In this document: in pieces, positions 49,801-60,171 of the stretch
Position numbering within the stretch: the first letter of the stretch is position 1
Layout of the letters: every line of letters starts with the position of its first letter
Assembly (NCBI GenBank): GCA_963778655.1
Contig: CAVZVA010000010.1
Coordinates: forward strand, 800,001 to 864,000
Source of the DNA: an uncultured delta proteobacterium
GTDB taxonomy: Bacteria; Myxococcota_A; Polyangia; Polyangiales; JAFGIB01
DNA length: 64,000 nt
Direction of reading: 5' to 3'
The notes under the pieces: generated by a model
Databases searched by the model: none
What the model was told of the DNA's origin: nothing
What the model saw: only the letters and a program-made list of their open reading frames with translations
Made by a program: the position numbers and the translations under genes

Positions 49801-50469
49801 GTGTCCCGCTCCAAGCAACCCGTGCGCATAGCGCCCTCGATCCTGTCCGCGCGCTTCGAGCGCCTCGGCGAGGAGGTCGAGGCCGTGGCCAAGGCCGGCG
49901 CGGATTTCATCCACGTCGACGTGATGGACGGCCGCTTCGTGCCCAACATCACCATCGGCCCGGTGGTGCTTGAGGCGCTGCGCCGCGTGACCGACCGCGT
50001 GCTCGATGTGCACCTGATGATCGTCGAGCCCGAGCGCTACGTGGAGGACTTCGCGCGCGCCGGCGCGGACGTCATCACCGTACACGCGGAGGCCTGCACC
50101 CACCTGCACCGCACGCTGCAGCAGATCCGCAGCACCGGCAAGCGCGCCGGGGTGGCGCTCAACCCGCACACCCCGGAGGACGTGCTGCGCTACGTGCTGC
50201 CGCAGCTCGACTTGATCCTGGTCATGAGCGTCAACCCGGGCTTCGGTGGACAATCGTTCATCCCGGAGGTGCTGGCCAAGCTCGAGCGCGTGCGCGCGAT
50301 GATCGACGCGGCCGGGTTGCCGATCGACCTCGAGGTCGATGGCGGGATCAAGCCCGGCACCGCCCGCAAGGTGCTGGCCGCGGGCGCGGACGTGCTGGTG
50401 GCCGGCACCGCGGTGTTCGGCCAGCCCGACTACGCGGCAGCGATTCGCGCGCTGCGCGAAGACGCCTGA
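49801..50469 (+). CDS. rpe: Ribulose-phosphate 3-epimerase
   Basis: [38 protein letters not shown]. Confidence 0.97.
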   Translation: MSRSKQPVRIAPSILSARFERLGEEVEAVAKAGADFIHVDVMDGRFVPNITIGPVVLEALRRVTDRVLDVHLMIVEPERYVEDFARAGADVITVHAEACTHLHRTLQQIRSTGKRAGVALNPHTPEDVLRYVLPQLDLILVMSVNPGFGGQSFIPEVLAKLERVRAMIDAAGLPIDLEVDGGIKPGTARKVLAAGADVLVAGTAVFGQPDYAAAIRALREDA

Positions 50470-50553
50470 GCAGCCCGCGCACCTTACCTCGACCTACAGG
50501 TAGGGCGCGCGCAGGAGCACGGGGCGGCGGCGGCCGTGCTACATCCTCTGCCC

Positions 50554-51390
50554 ATGCGCCTTGCGTTCGCGAAATACGAAGGGCTCGGCAACGATTTCCT
50601 GCTGATCGACACACCCGGCGCGGCTGGCACTGCGCTCGAGGCCTCCCAGGTGGTGCGCCTGTGCGATCGCCACCTCGGGGTGGGCGGCGACGGCGTGCTG
50701 CTGCTGAGCGAGCAGGGCGGGCGCACGCGCATGCGCGTGATCAATGCCGACGGCTCTCAGCCGGAGATGTGCGGCAACGGCATTCGCTGCGTCGCGCTGC
50801 ACCTGCTGCGCCAGGGCCGGGCTGGCGGCGGCGAGGCTATCGAGATCAACACCGACGCCGGGACGCACGCCTGCCGCGTGCTGATCGACGGCCCGGAAAG
50901 CGTGATCGAGGTGTCGATGCGCGCGGCGAGCCTGCGGCCCGAGCAGGTGCCGGTGCTCGCCGCCGAGCCGTTGATCGACGCGGCATTCGAGGCCGGCGGG
51001 CGACGCTTGCAGGTGACCTGCGTGTCGATGGGCAATCCGCACGCGGTGACCTTCACCGAGGTCGGCGAGCAGCGCGACCAGATCGCTGCGCTGCTGCAGC
51101 GCGACCCCCGCTTCCCGCACCAGGCCAACGTCGGCTTTGCCCGCATGCTGGCGCCCGACGCGATTGAGCTTATGGTCTACGAGCGGGGCGCCGGCTGGAC
51201 CCGGGCCTGCGGGACCGGCGCGTGCGCCGCGGCGGTCGCAGCGGTCGAGACCGGGCGCGCGCCGCGCCACCAGCCGATCGAGGTGCGGCTGCCGGGTGGG
51301 GCGCTCGCGATCGTGGTCGGCGAGCGCGACGATCGGCTGTCGATGACCGGTCCGGCGCGCCACGTGTTCGACGGCACGATCGAGTTTTAG
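50554..51390 (+). CDS. dapF: Diaminopimelate epimerase
   Basis: KYEGLGNDF, NADGSQPEMCGNG, SMGNPH, ERGAGWTRACGTG. Confidence 0.96.
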   Translation: MRLAFAKYEGLGNDFLLIDTPGAAGTALEASQVVRLCDRHLGVGGDGVLLLSEQGGRTRMRVINADGSQPEMCGNGIRCVALHLLRQGRAGGGEAIEINTDAGTHACRVLIDGPESVIEVSMRAASLRPEQVPVLAAEPLIDAAFEAGGRRLQVTCVSMGNPHAVTFTEVGEQRDQIAALLQRDPRFPHQANVGFARMLAPDAIELMVYERGAGWTRACGTGACAAAVAAVETGRAPRHQPIEVRLPGGALAIVVGERDDRLSMTGPARHVFDGTIEF

Positions 51391-51797
51391 CCGTGTCGCC
51401 GCGGCCCGTTACGGCTAGCAGCGCGGGTGGGGGCGCCGTGCATGAAAGAAGCGTGCCCGCGTCGCGCGGCCCTGCTCCGTGTGCGCATCACAACCGCGCC
51501 GCGCGTTCAAAAGTTGCGTGCTTTCAAAGCCGAATCCGGCAGCGCGTGGGCAAGCGCACAGCCCCGTGTGGGGATGTTACCGGCGCATAGCGAGCGAGAA
51601 GCGGGACTGACGCGGCCGGACCACATGGCGCGGCGGGTGCCTTCGCAAATGGGTCGCGCGGGTGAAACAAGTCACGATGCGCGTGCGTTGAACGAGAACA
51701 TTACCAATCGGTGAACTCGCTGGCGGACCTCTTCCTATCGCAACGCACGTTCGTTAGGCTGGTGTCAATGGGGAATGGGAAAGCATCCGGGGGGAAT

Positions 51798-52520
51798 ATG
51801 GAAAGCTCGTTCGACTCGATCGATCGCAGACACTCGTATCGTGTAGACGTGCATGGCCTGGCGTTGCTCTGGCACCGTGCCCGCATCATGGGCCGTTACG
51901 CACTAGCCGATCTCTCGATCGGCGGCTGCATGTTGCGCGACGGTCCGCACTGCGAGCTCGGCCAGGAGTACGGCTTGGTGCTCGATCTGCCGGAGGAAGG
52001 CGACCTGCGCGTGTCGGCCAAGGTGGTGCGACAGCGCAAGACCGAGCTCGGCGGTTGCGAGCTCGGTCTGCAGTTCATGGAAGCGGCGCCGGGGCTCGAG
52101 GATCGCATCCACGATCTGGTGATCCAGTTGCTAGAGCGCGAGCCGGCGCCGGCTCGCGGGCGCGTGCTGGTGGTCGATATGAATCCGCTGCGGCGGATGG
52201 ACGCCGGCGAGAGCCTGCGCAGGCTGGGACACGAGGTGCTCGAGGCGGCCACGCCGCTCGAGGCGGTGTGGGAGCTCGAGAACGGTCCGATGGACATCCA
52301 CACCGTGCTGGTCGCGCGCTCGCTCGGCGGCAGCGACGGACGCGATCTGCTGAAGTTCATCGCCGCGCGCTACGCCGGAGTCTGGCGCGTGCTGGTCAGC
52401 GATCGCGCAGAGCCCGACGCGCTCGCGGACGCCGTGTTGCTCGGCCCGTGTCACCTCTCGCGCATGCTCAAGGTGATGCCGCACGGCCACAGCCGCGGCC
52501 CCCGCGCCAGCTCGGCCTGA
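51798..52520 (+). CDS. PilZ domain plus degenerate receiver domain protein
   Basis: DRRHSYR and DLSIGG PilZ motifs; RVLVVDMN...LGHEV receiver-like domain lacking the phospho-Asp. Confidence 0.8.
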   Translation: MESSFDSIDRRHSYRVDVHGLALLWHRARIMGRYALADLSIGGCMLRDGPHCELGQEYGLVLDLPEEGDLRVSAKVVRQRKTELGGCELGLQFMEAAPGLEDRIHDLVIQLLEREPAPARGRVLVVDMNPLRRMDAGESLRRLGHEVLEAATPLEAVWELENGPMDIHTVLVARSLGGSDGRDLLKFIAARYAGVWRVLVSDRAEPDALADAVLLGPCHLSRMLKVMPHGHSRGPRASSA

Positions 52521-52538
52521 GCGGCACAGGAATCCGGA

Positions 52539-52603
52539 AACAGGAAGACGGGACGGGGGGAAGAGGGGGGAAGAGCACCTTCCCGTCGTCCTGTCTTCCT
52601 GTT
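52539..52603. repeat. Repeat family A copy 2, between convergent genes (possible bidirectional terminator)
   Basis: AACAGGAAGACGGGACGGGGGGAAG...CTTCCCGTCGTCCTGTCTTCCTGTT. Confidence 0.75.
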
Positions 52604-52608
52604 GCACT

Positions 52609-53664
52609 TCATTGGGCCCACTGCGCGAAGGCCTTCTTGTCGCTGGCTTTGAGGTAGGCGTCGCGGCCTTCGATCACGTCGGTTTTCACCAGCTCCATCA
52701 GCGCGTTGTCCATGGTCTGCATGCCCTGACCGCGCCCCGCGCCGATGATCGAGTTGAGCATGGCGGTGTTGCCCTCGCGGATTGCGCCTGCCAGGCCCGA
52801 GGTGCGGATCAGGATCTCGTGCACGCCTACCCGACCGCCGCTCTTGCGCCGGACCAGGATCTGCGACACGACCGCCGCCAGCGATTCGGCCAGCGCTGCG
52901 CGTGCGCGGTCCTGCTGATCGGCCGGGAAGCTGTCGATGATACGGTCCACGGTTTTGGCCGCGCTGCTGGTGTGCAGCGTGCCGAACACCAGCAGGCCCA
53001 TGCTCGCCGCCTCGACTGCGAGCGAGATGGTCTCGAAGTCGCGCATCTCGCCGACCAGCACTACGTCGGCGTCCTGGCGCATGGCCGCCCGCAGCGCCGA
53101 CGCGAAGTCGTCGCTGTCGGCGCCGACCTCGCGGTGCGAGATCACCGAGCGCTTGTTCTGATGCACGAACTCGACCGGGTCCTCGATGGTCACGATGTGG
53201 CGCGCGTGCTTGCGGTTGATCAGATCGACGATCGCCGCCAGCGTAGTCGACTTGCCGCTGCCGGTCGGCCCGGTCACCAGCACCATCCCCGACTCCAGAT
53301 CGCACAGCCCGTGCACGATCTCCGGCAGCCCGAGCTTTTCTGCCGGTACGATCTCGTCGGGCACCATGCGGAAGACCGCGCCCACGCCGTGTTCCTGCCG
53401 GAAGTAGTTTCCGCGAAAGCGCGCCACGCCTTCGACCGAGATCGCGAAGTCGAGGTCGTGCTCGCGCTCGAAGCGCTGCCACTGGCGGTCGCTGACCAGC
53501 TCGCGCAGCATCTCGCGCAGCAGCGCGTCGCCGAGCACCGGCTGGCCCGCGATCGGCGCCACCGCCCCCGATGCGCGCGCCATCGGCGGGCGGCCCGCCG
53601 ACAGGTGCAGGTCCGAGGCGCCCACCTGCCTGAGATGCCTGAGATAGGGGTGAATCCGTGCCAT
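52609..53664 (-). CDS. pilT: Type IV pilus retraction ATPase PilT paralogue
   Basis: ASDLHL, GPTGSGKSTTLA, TIEDPVE, VGEMRD, GTLHTSSA, GMQTMD. Confidence 0.93.
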   Translation of the reverse strand: MARIHPYLRHLRQVGASDLHLSAGRPPMARASGAVAPIAGQPVLGDALLREMLRELVSDRQWQRFEREHDLDFAISVEGVARFRGNYFRQEHGVGAVFRMVPDEIVPAEKLGLPEIVHGLCDLESGMVLVTGPTGSGKSTTLAAIVDLINRKHARHIVTIEDPVEFVHQNKRSVISHREVGADSDDFASALRAAMRQDADVVLVGEMRDFETISLAVEAASMGLLVFGTLHTSSAAKTVDRIIDSFPADQQDRARAALAESLAAVVSQILVRRKSGGRVGVHEILIRTSGLAGAIREGNTAMLNSIIGAGRGQGMQTMDNALMELVKTDVIEGRDAYLKASDKKAFAQWAQ

Positions 53665-53690
53665 CGTGGTGCCCGCGCCCGAGCCGCGGC

Positions 53691-55649
53691 TCAGGCGAAA
53701 CGCTCCTTGCGCAGCGCGAAACGCCGCGCGCTCTCTGCGGTGACGCTGCCCGCTCGCACCAGCTGCTCGAGCGAATCGTCGAGCGTGATCATGCCCGCGG
53801 CCCTGCCGGTCTGCATCACCGACGGCAGCTGGTGGGTCTTGTCCTCGCGGATCATGTTGCTGACCGCGGTCGTGACCATCAGCAGCTCGAGCGCGGGTAT
53901 GCGACCCTTGCCGCTGGCTGCCGGCACCAGACGCTGGCTGACCACTGCGCGCAGCGACTCGGAGAGCATCGAGCGCACCTGTTCCTGCTCGTCGGCGGGA
54001 AAGGAGCTGACGATGCGCTGGATGGTCTGCGAGGCGCTGCCCGTGTGCAGCGTGCCGAGCACCAGGTGTCCGGTCTCGGCAGCGCTGATCGCCAGGCCGA
54101 TCGTCTCGCGGTCGCGCAGCTCGGTGATGGCGATCACGTCCGGATCCTCGCGCAGCGCGGCGCGCAGCGCGCGCGCGAACGAGCTGGTGTGGTCGCGCAC
54201 CTGGCGCTGGTTCACGAGCGCGCGGCCGGGCGGGTACACGTGCTCGACCGGGTCCTCGATCGTGAGCACGTGCTCGTCGCGGCTCTCGATCAGCCCGCCC
54301 AGCAAGGCCGCCAGCGTGGTCGACTTGCCGCAGCCGGTGGGTCCGGTGCACAGCACCATGCCGGTGCGAAAATCGGTCAGGCTGGCCAGTCGCGCTGGCA
54401 GGCCGAGCTGCTCGAGCGTGGGCGGTTGCAGCGGGATGATGCGGAAAACCGCGTCCAGCCCGCGCTGCTGGCGGTAGACGTTGACGCGAAAGCGCGCCAG
54501 CCCGGGGATCTCCCAGGCGAAGTCGACCTCGCCGTGCTTGGCCAGCAGCATCCACTGCGCGTCGCTGGCGATTTCGGCGATCACTTTCTCCGCGGCTTCG
54601 GCGCTCAGCAGCTGCTGGCTGGAGAGCGGCCTGACCTGCCCGTCCACGCGCACCAGCAGCGGCGCGCCGCTGTGCGCGTGCAGATCGCTGGCGCCTTGGC
54701 GCAGCGCCAGCGCGAGCGCCTTGCCGAGGTAGCTGTCGGTTGCAGCGACCGCTCCGGCCGGGCGGCGTTGCGCGGCCTTGGGCGGTGGCTGCGACGGGTT
54801 GTGGGCGGCCGGCGCGGGCGGGGCGGCGAAGGGTTGCACCAGGGTGTCGTCCGGGGAGCCTGCGGCGGCCGGCACGGCGGCTTGCGCGCTCGGCGCTGGC
54901 GCCGGTGCCACGAAGGGCTGCAGCACGGTTCCGCCCGCGGCGCCCAGCACGGGCCGGGCTGCCGGCGCGGGCGGCGCGGGCGGCGCGGGCGGTGCTTGCG
55001 GAAGCTCAGACAGCTTCGCGGCATCGGCGCCTTCGGCCAGGGGAAACGCGCTCAGGTCCGCGGTCGCGGCCGGCGGGCGCGGCGGTGGCGGGGGTGGTGG
55101 CGGAGGGGCCGCGTTCGGGGCTCGGGGTGGCTCGCGCGGCGGCAGGCGCGCGTGGGTGCCGGTTGGCGGTCCGTCGAGCTCGGCGCTCGCGGCCGCACGC
55201 GCCTCGGTCGCGGGCGCGTTCGACAGCGGGCGCAGGGTTGGGGTGTGACTCGGCGCCACGGCCGCGCCGGGGGTCTGCGGCACGTGGATCGCACCGTGCA
55301 CCGGGTTGGTCGCGGCTTCCCACTCGCGCGGAGCGCGCCGCCTGCGCGCGGGTGGCTCGGGCCGGGTCGGGGCGTCGTCGGCACGCGGGTCGGGTCTGGG
55401 CATGCGCGGCTCAGGCGCACTTGGGCCCGAGCCGTGCTGTGCGCCGCGCTGTCGCTCGAGCACGCGCGCTTGTTGCGCGCGCACCAACTCCACCTCGTCG
55501 TCGCTGATCAGGCCGAGCTCGACCGCGATCTCCCCGAGCCGCTTGCCCGAGGCGTGCTCGGTTTGCTGGACGCAGCGACCGATCTGCTCGCGCGTCAGCA
55601 GCTGCAGCCGCACCGCGATGTCGGCGAACAGGCGCTCCTCTGCATCCAT
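53691..55649 (-). CDS. PilT/PilU family ATPase with N-terminal MshEN-like domain and Pro-rich linker
   Basis: RLGEIAVELGLISDDEV N-terminus; GPTGCGKSTTLA, ALREDPDVI, AETGHLVLGTLHT. Confidence 0.9.
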   Translation of the reverse strand: MDAEERLFADIAVRLQLLTREQIGRCVQQTEHASGKRLGEIAVELGLISDDEVELVRAQQARVLERQRGAQHGSGPSAPEPRMPRPDPRADDAPTRPEPPARRRRAPREWEAATNPVHGAIHVPQTPGAAVAPSHTPTLRPLSNAPATEARAAASAELDGPPTGTHARLPPREPPRAPNAAPPPPPPPPPRPPAATADLSAFPLAEGADAAKLSELPQAPPAPPAPPAPAARPVLGAAGGTVLQPFVAPAPAPSAQAAVPAAAGSPDDTLVQPFAAPPAPAAHNPSQPPPKAAQRRPAGAVAATDSYLGKALALALRQGASDLHAHSGAPLLVRVDGQVRPLSSQQLLSAEAAEKVIAEIASDAQWMLLAKHGEVDFAWEIPGLARFRVNVYRQQRGLDAVFRIIPLQPPTLEQLGLPARLASLTDFRTGMVLCTGPTGCGKSTTLAALLGGLIESRDEHVLTIEDPVEHVYPPGRALVNQRQVRDHTSSFARALRAALREDPDVIAITELRDRETIGLAISAAETGHLVLGTLHTGSASQTIQRIVSSFPADEQEQVRSMLSESLRAVVSQRLVPAASGKGRIPALELLMVTTAVSNMIREDKTHQLPSVMQTGRAAGMITLDDSLEQLVRAGSVTAESARRFALRKERFA

Positions 55650-55691
55650 CCGGCTGACCAGTATACGGCAAGCCGGCTGTGTAGAGGATTC

Positions 55692-55716
55692 AACAGGAAG
55701 ACGGGCAGACGGGAAG
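55692..55716. repeat. Repeat family A, half copy 3
   Basis: AACAGGAAGACGGGCAGACGGGAAG without the return arm. Confidence 0.65.
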
Positions 55717-55859
55717 AACGAAATCCCTGCGTGCTGCTCGCCTCGGTCGTGCCGAGGGCTTGCTGATCGCAGCGCACACGCACGGTTGCAGGGAACGAAC
55801 GCGCCGGCGCGTGGGCGGCCGTGTGCGTGCTTTCCGACATGCGCCGCCTGCGGCGACCG

Positions 55860-56564
55860 CTACAAGGTGCGCGCGAAGAAGTCCATGATCTTCGGCCACG
55901 CGTCGCGCGCCGAGGGCTCGTGAAAGGCCAGGTGCATCAGCGGCCAGCTCAGCGCGGCCATCAGCGGGTGGCTGCCCTCGGTGAGGAACGAGTGACCCGC
56001 ATCCGGATAGACGTGCACCTCGGGCGTGATGCCGAGCGGCTCGAGCCGCTTTCGCAGCTGCGCGTCCTTGCCGCGCATCGAGCGATCGCGGCCGCCGTAG
56101 CAGGCGATCACGGGACCGATGCCGCGCATCGCCTCGGTCGACGGCACCTCGCCGTAGTTGCTGCAGACCGCGCCCCAGCCGCGACCGGCTGCCAGCGCGA
56201 ACATGCCGCCGAAGCAGAAGCCGATCAGCCCGACCTTGCTCGGGTCGAGGTTGCGCTGCGCGCACAGGTAGGCGCGCGCCCGCTGCGCCTGGCGTAGCGG
56301 CGGCGTGTCCTCGGCGGCGCGCATCGAGCGCATCACCGCGCGCAGGCACGGCAGCTTGCCCGCGAAGAACAGGTCGGGCGCGATCGCCGCGTAGCCGGCC
56401 TCGGCGAAGCGCAGCACCACGGCGTCGATCTCCGGCTGGCGGCCGAAGATCTCGTGGATGACCACCATGCCGCGGGTCGCGCCCTGTGGCAGCGCAGCGA
56501 CCGCCGGTGAGGCTGGATCGCCCAGCGCGTCGTCTCCTGGCAAGGTGATTTCCTGCAGCTGCAT
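55860..56564 (-). CDS. Dienelactone hydrolase family protein
   Basis: VIHEIFG, GFCFGG nucleophile Cys, YPDAGHSF. Confidence 0.92.
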   Translation of the reverse strand: MQLQEITLPGDDALGDPASPAVAALPQGATRGMVVIHEIFGRQPEIDAVVLRFAEAGYAAIAPDLFFAGKLPCLRAVMRSMRAAEDTPPLRQAQRARAYLCAQRNLDPSKVGLIGFCFGGMFALAAGRGWGAVCSNYGEVPSTEAMRGIGPVIACYGGRDRSMRGKDAQLRKRLEPLGITPEVHVYPDAGHSFLTEGSHPLMAALSWPLMHLAFHEPSARDAWPKIMDFFARTL

Positions 56565-56663
56565 GCGCGCGAGGGTAGCCGCAGGCCTCCGGCTCGTGCA
56601 ACGGGGTTCCCCGGCCGGGGCGCGACTTCGCGCCGCGTTGCGGCGCCTGCTACAATTGCCAGC

Positions 56664-57743
56664 ATGGGCCACGCTGCCGAACGCTCGGCCGTCCCGGCCG
56701 ATAACCCGATGGGCACCGACGGGTTCGAGTTCGTCGAGTACACGGCGGAGGATCCACGACAGCTGGCGGCGCTGTTTCGGAGCATGGGTTTCGCGGAGGT
56801 CGCCCGCCATCGCAGCAAAGACGTCACGCTCTATCGCCAGGGCGAGATCAACTTCATCGTCAACGCCGAGCCGGACGGGTTCTCGCAGCAGTTCGCGCGC
56901 GACCACGGCCCGTCGATCTGCGCGATCGCGCTGCGCGTGAAGGACGCGCGCCTGGCGTACCAGCGCGCGCTCTCGCTCGGCGCGCGGCCGCACCACGGCC
57001 AGATCGGGCCGATGGAGCTGGCGATCCCGGCGATCAAGGGCATCGGCGACAGCGCGATCTATCTGGTCGACCGCTACGGCGACCGCACCATCTACGACGT
57101 GGACTTCGTGCCGGTGGCAGGCGCCGAGCCGCAGCCGGTGGGTGTCGGGCTGACCTACATCGATCACCTCACCCACAACGTCGAGCGCGGCCACATGGAC
57201 CGCTGGGCGGAGTTCTACGAGCGCATCTTCTCGTTCCGCGAGATCCGCTACTTCGACATCAAAGGCAAGCAGACCGGCCTGCACAGCCGTGCGATGAGCA
57301 GCCCCTGCGGCAAGATCCGTATCCCGATCAACGAGTCGGCCGACGACAAGTCGCAGATCGCCGAATACCTGCGCGCGTATCGCGGCGAGGGCATCCAGCA
57401 CCTGGCGCTCGGTTGCGGTGACATCTACCAGGCGGTCGAGGCCTTACGCGCGCGGGGGGTGCGCCTGCTCGACACGCCCGACAGCTACTACGACCTGATC
57501 GCGCAGCGACTGCCCGGCCACGCCGAGGATCTGGAGCGCCTGCGCGCAGACCGCATCCTGCTCGACGGCTCGACCGCGGGCGGCACGCCCCTGCTGCTGC
57601 TGCAGATCTTCACCGAAGCCGTGATCGGGCCGATCTTCTTCGAGCTGATCCAGCGCAAGGGCGACGAGGGCTTCGGCCAGGGCAACTTCCAGGCGCTGTT
57701 CGAAGCGATGGAGCTCGACCAGGCCAAGCGGGGCGTGTTGTGA
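56664..57743 (+). CDS. hppD: 4-hydroxyphenylpyruvate dioxygenase
   Basis: NPMGTDGFEFVEY, IDHLTHNV, GEGIQHLAL, FFELIQRKGDEGFGQGNF. Confidence 0.97.
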   Translation: MGHAAERSAVPADNPMGTDGFEFVEYTAEDPRQLAALFRSMGFAEVARHRSKDVTLYRQGEINFIVNAEPDGFSQQFARDHGPSICAIALRVKDARLAYQRALSLGARPHHGQIGPMELAIPAIKGIGDSAIYLVDRYGDRTIYDVDFVPVAGAEPQPVGVGLTYIDHLTHNVERGHMDRWAEFYERIFSFREIRYFDIKGKQTGLHSRAMSSPCGKIRIPINESADDKSQIAEYLRAYRGEGIQHLALGCGDIYQAVEALRARGVRLLDTPDSYYDLIAQRLPGHAEDLERLRADRILLDGSTAGGTPLLLLQIFTEAVIGPIFFELIQRKGDEGFGQGNFQALFEAMELDQAKRGVL

Positions 57744-58882
57744 GCGTCAAACGGCCGGCGCTGCCGCGGGTGGCGGGCGTGCCTGCGCGCCAGGCCCACG
57801 CCGACCTGCCGGCCGGCAGCTACGAGCGCGAGTTCGGCAGCGACGGCTTCTACGGGCCGGCCACGCACCTGCTGCACGCGCACCCGCCCACCGCGTGGAG
57901 CGCGATCGAGGGGCCGCTGCGGCCGCGCGCGTTCGACTTGTCGGCGCTGCTTCAGGCCAGCACGCAAAGCCCCTGGGACGCCGTGCCGGTGCTGCACAAC
58001 GCCGCGCTCGCGCTGCGGCTGTGGCGCTGCGACGGGCGCATGGATCACCTGGTACGCAACGCGGACGGCGACGAGCTGCTGTTCGTGCACGCGGGCGAGG
58101 GCGCGCTGTTCTGTGACTTCGGCCACCTGCCCGTGAGCGAGGGCGACTACGTGCTGCTGCCGCGCGGCACGCAGTGGCGCCTGCACGCGCGCGCGCCGCT
58201 GACCTTGCTGCTGCTCGAGGCGACCGGCGCGGCCTACGGCCTGCCCGAGCGCGGGCTGCTCGGGCGCCACGCGTTGTTCGACCCCGCGCTGCTGCAGACG
58301 CCGGCGCTCGACGAGGCCTTTCGCGCGCAGCAGGACGAGCGCAGCTGGCGCGTGGTGATCAAGCGCGGCAATCGGCTCAGCAGCATGACCTTCCCCCACA
58401 ACCCGCTCGATACCTTGGGCTGGCAGGGCGATCTGCTGCCGCTGCTGATCAACTGGCGGCAGATCCGGCCGGTGATGAGCGCGCGCTATCACCTGCCGCC
58501 GTCGGTCCACACCAGCTTCGTCAGCGAGCGCTTCGTGGTCTGCACCTTTTGCCCGCGTCCGCTCGAGAGCGATCCAGGCGCGCTCAAGCTGCCGTTCTTT
58601 CACAGCAACAACGACTACGACGAGGTGCTGTTCTACCACCGCGGGCAGTTCACCAGCCGCGACGACGTCAAGCCCGGCATGCTCACGCTGCACCCGGGCG
58701 GCTTCCCGCACGGCCCCCACCCCAAGGCGTACGCGGCCGCCGCGCGCGGCGACAAGCGCGAGACCGACGAGGTCGCGGTGATGGTCGACGCGCTCGACGC
58801 GCTCGAGGTGAGCGAGCAGGCTGAGCGCGTGGAGCGTGCGGATTACGCCAAATCCTGGAGCGAGCCGGGGGACAGCGCGTGA
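57740..58882 (+). CDS. hmgA: Homogentisate 1,2-dioxygenase
   Basis: RNADGDELLFVH, HLPPSVH, PFFHSNNDYDEVLFYH, HPGGFPHGPHP. Confidence 0.93.
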   Translation: MSVKRPALPRVAGVPARQAHADLPAGSYEREFGSDGFYGPATHLLHAHPPTAWSAIEGPLRPRAFDLSALLQASTQSPWDAVPVLHNAALALRLWRCDGRMDHLVRNADGDELLFVHAGEGALFCDFGHLPVSEGDYVLLPRGTQWRLHARAPLTLLLLEATGAAYGLPERGLLGRHALFDPALLQTPALDEAFRAQQDERSWRVVIKRGNRLSSMTFPHNPLDTLGWQGDLLPLLINWRQIRPVMSARYHLPPSVHTSFVSERFVVCTFCPRPLESDPGALKLPFFHSNNDYDEVLFYHRGQFTSRDDVKPGMLTLHPGGFPHGPHPKAYAAAARGDKRETDEVAVMVDALDALEVSEQAERVERADYAKSWSEPGDSA

Positions 58883-58992
58883 TCACTCGAGCGGCCTGCA
58901 CAGCTCGCGCGCGGCAGCGGCCACCCAGCGATCGAGGCCGCCCGCAGCAGAGGACGGCGCGGCGCGGGCGCGGGGCGAGAGCAAAGGTCGAG

Positions 58993-59071
58993 GCAGCGAA
59001 GCGACCCTCGCGGGAGGGCGGGGCCCCGGCGGCTTTGCCGGTGGGGCGGGAGGGGCGCGTGCCCCTCCCGG
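58993..59071 (+). repeat. Repeat family B copy 4
   Basis: GCAGCGAAGCGA...GGGGCCCCGGCGGCTTTGCCGGTGGGGCGGGAGGGGCGCGTGCCCCTCCCGG. Confidence 0.65.
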
Positions 59072-59078
59072 TAAGCAG

Positions 59079-60068
59079 ATGAAGCTCGGCAGCCTCAAAC
59101 GTGGCGGCAGGGACGGGACGCTGGTGGTGGTGGATCGCCGGCTCAAGCTCGCGGCGGCCGTGCCCAAGATCGCGCGCACGCTGCAGCAGGCGCTCGACGA
59201 CTGGCAGCGAGCCGAGCCGGCGCTGCGCGACGTGTACCAGCGGCTCAACGCCGGCGGCGTCGACACCTCGTTCGCGCTCGAGCCGGGCGAGCTGGCCGCG
59301 CCGCTGCCGCGCGCTTACCAGCTGCTCGACGCCAGCGCCTACGTCACCCACGTCGAGCTGGTGCGCAAGGCGCGCGGCGCCGTGTTGCCGCCGCGCTTCT
59401 GGACCGATCCGCTGATGTACCAGGGCGCCTCCGACGGCCTGCTCGGCCCGCGCGATCCGATCCCGCTCGCCGACGAGTCGTTCGGGCTGGACTTCGAGGC
59501 GGAGGTGGCGGTGATCACCGGCGATGTGCCGATGGCGGTGAGCCCGGCGCAGGCCGCCCCGCACGTGAAGCTGCTGGTGCTGCTCAACGACGTCTCGCTG
59601 CGTAACCTGATCCCGGGCGAGCTGGAGAAGGGCTTTGGCTTCGTGCAGGGCAAGCCGCGCAGCGCGCTGTCGGAGGTGGCGGTCAGTCCCGACGAGTTGG
59701 GTGAGGCGTGGCGCGGTTGCAAGCTCTGCTTGCCGCTGCGCAGCACGCTCAACGGCGCGCGCTTTGGCGAGCCCGACGCGGGCGTGGACATGACCTTCGA
59801 CTTCGCGACGTTGATCGCGCACGCCGCCCGCACGCGCCCGCTCGGCGCCGGTACCCTGCTCGGCTCGGGCACGGTGAGCAACCGTGATCCCGCGCGCGGC
59901 TCCTCGTGCATCGTCGAGCGGCGCATGCTCGAGACGCTGGCCGAGGGTGCGCCCAAGACAGCGTACCTGCGCGCGGGCGACCGCGTGCGCATCGAGATGC
60001 TCGACGCGTCCGGGGCCTCGATCTTCGGCGCGATCGATCAGCGCGTGCAGGCGGTCGCGGAACCATGA
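59079..60068 (+). CDS. Fumarylacetoacetate hydrolase family protein
   Basis: MKLGSLKRGGRDGTLVVV, DFEAEVAV, NDVSLRNLIP, GSGTVSN; follows hppD-hmgA. Confidence 0.93.
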   Translation: MKLGSLKRGGRDGTLVVVDRRLKLAAAVPKIARTLQQALDDWQRAEPALRDVYQRLNAGGVDTSFALEPGELAAPLPRAYQLLDASAYVTHVELVRKARGAVLPPRFWTDPLMYQGASDGLLGPRDPIPLADESFGLDFEAEVAVITGDVPMAVSPAQAAPHVKLLVLLNDVSLRNLIPGELEKGFGFVQGKPRSALSEVAVSPDELGEAWRGCKLCLPLRSTLNGARFGEPDAGVDMTFDFATLIAHAARTRPLGAGTLLGSGTVSNRDPARGSSCIVERRMLETLAEGAPKTAYLRAGDRVRIEMLDASGASIFGAIDQRVQAVAEP

Positions 60069-60135
60069 AACAGCAAGACGGGAAGGCGGGAAGACCGAAT
60101 TTCAAGCTAGACTTCCCGTCTTCCCGCCTTCCTGT
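60069..60135. repeat. Repeat family A copy 4
   Basis: AACAGCAAGACGGGAAGGCGGGAAG...CTTCCCGTCTTCCCGCCTTCCTGT. Confidence 0.8.
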
Positions 60136-60171
60136 AGATCCTCCTGGTACGCGAGCTTAGGCGTCCGCCGC

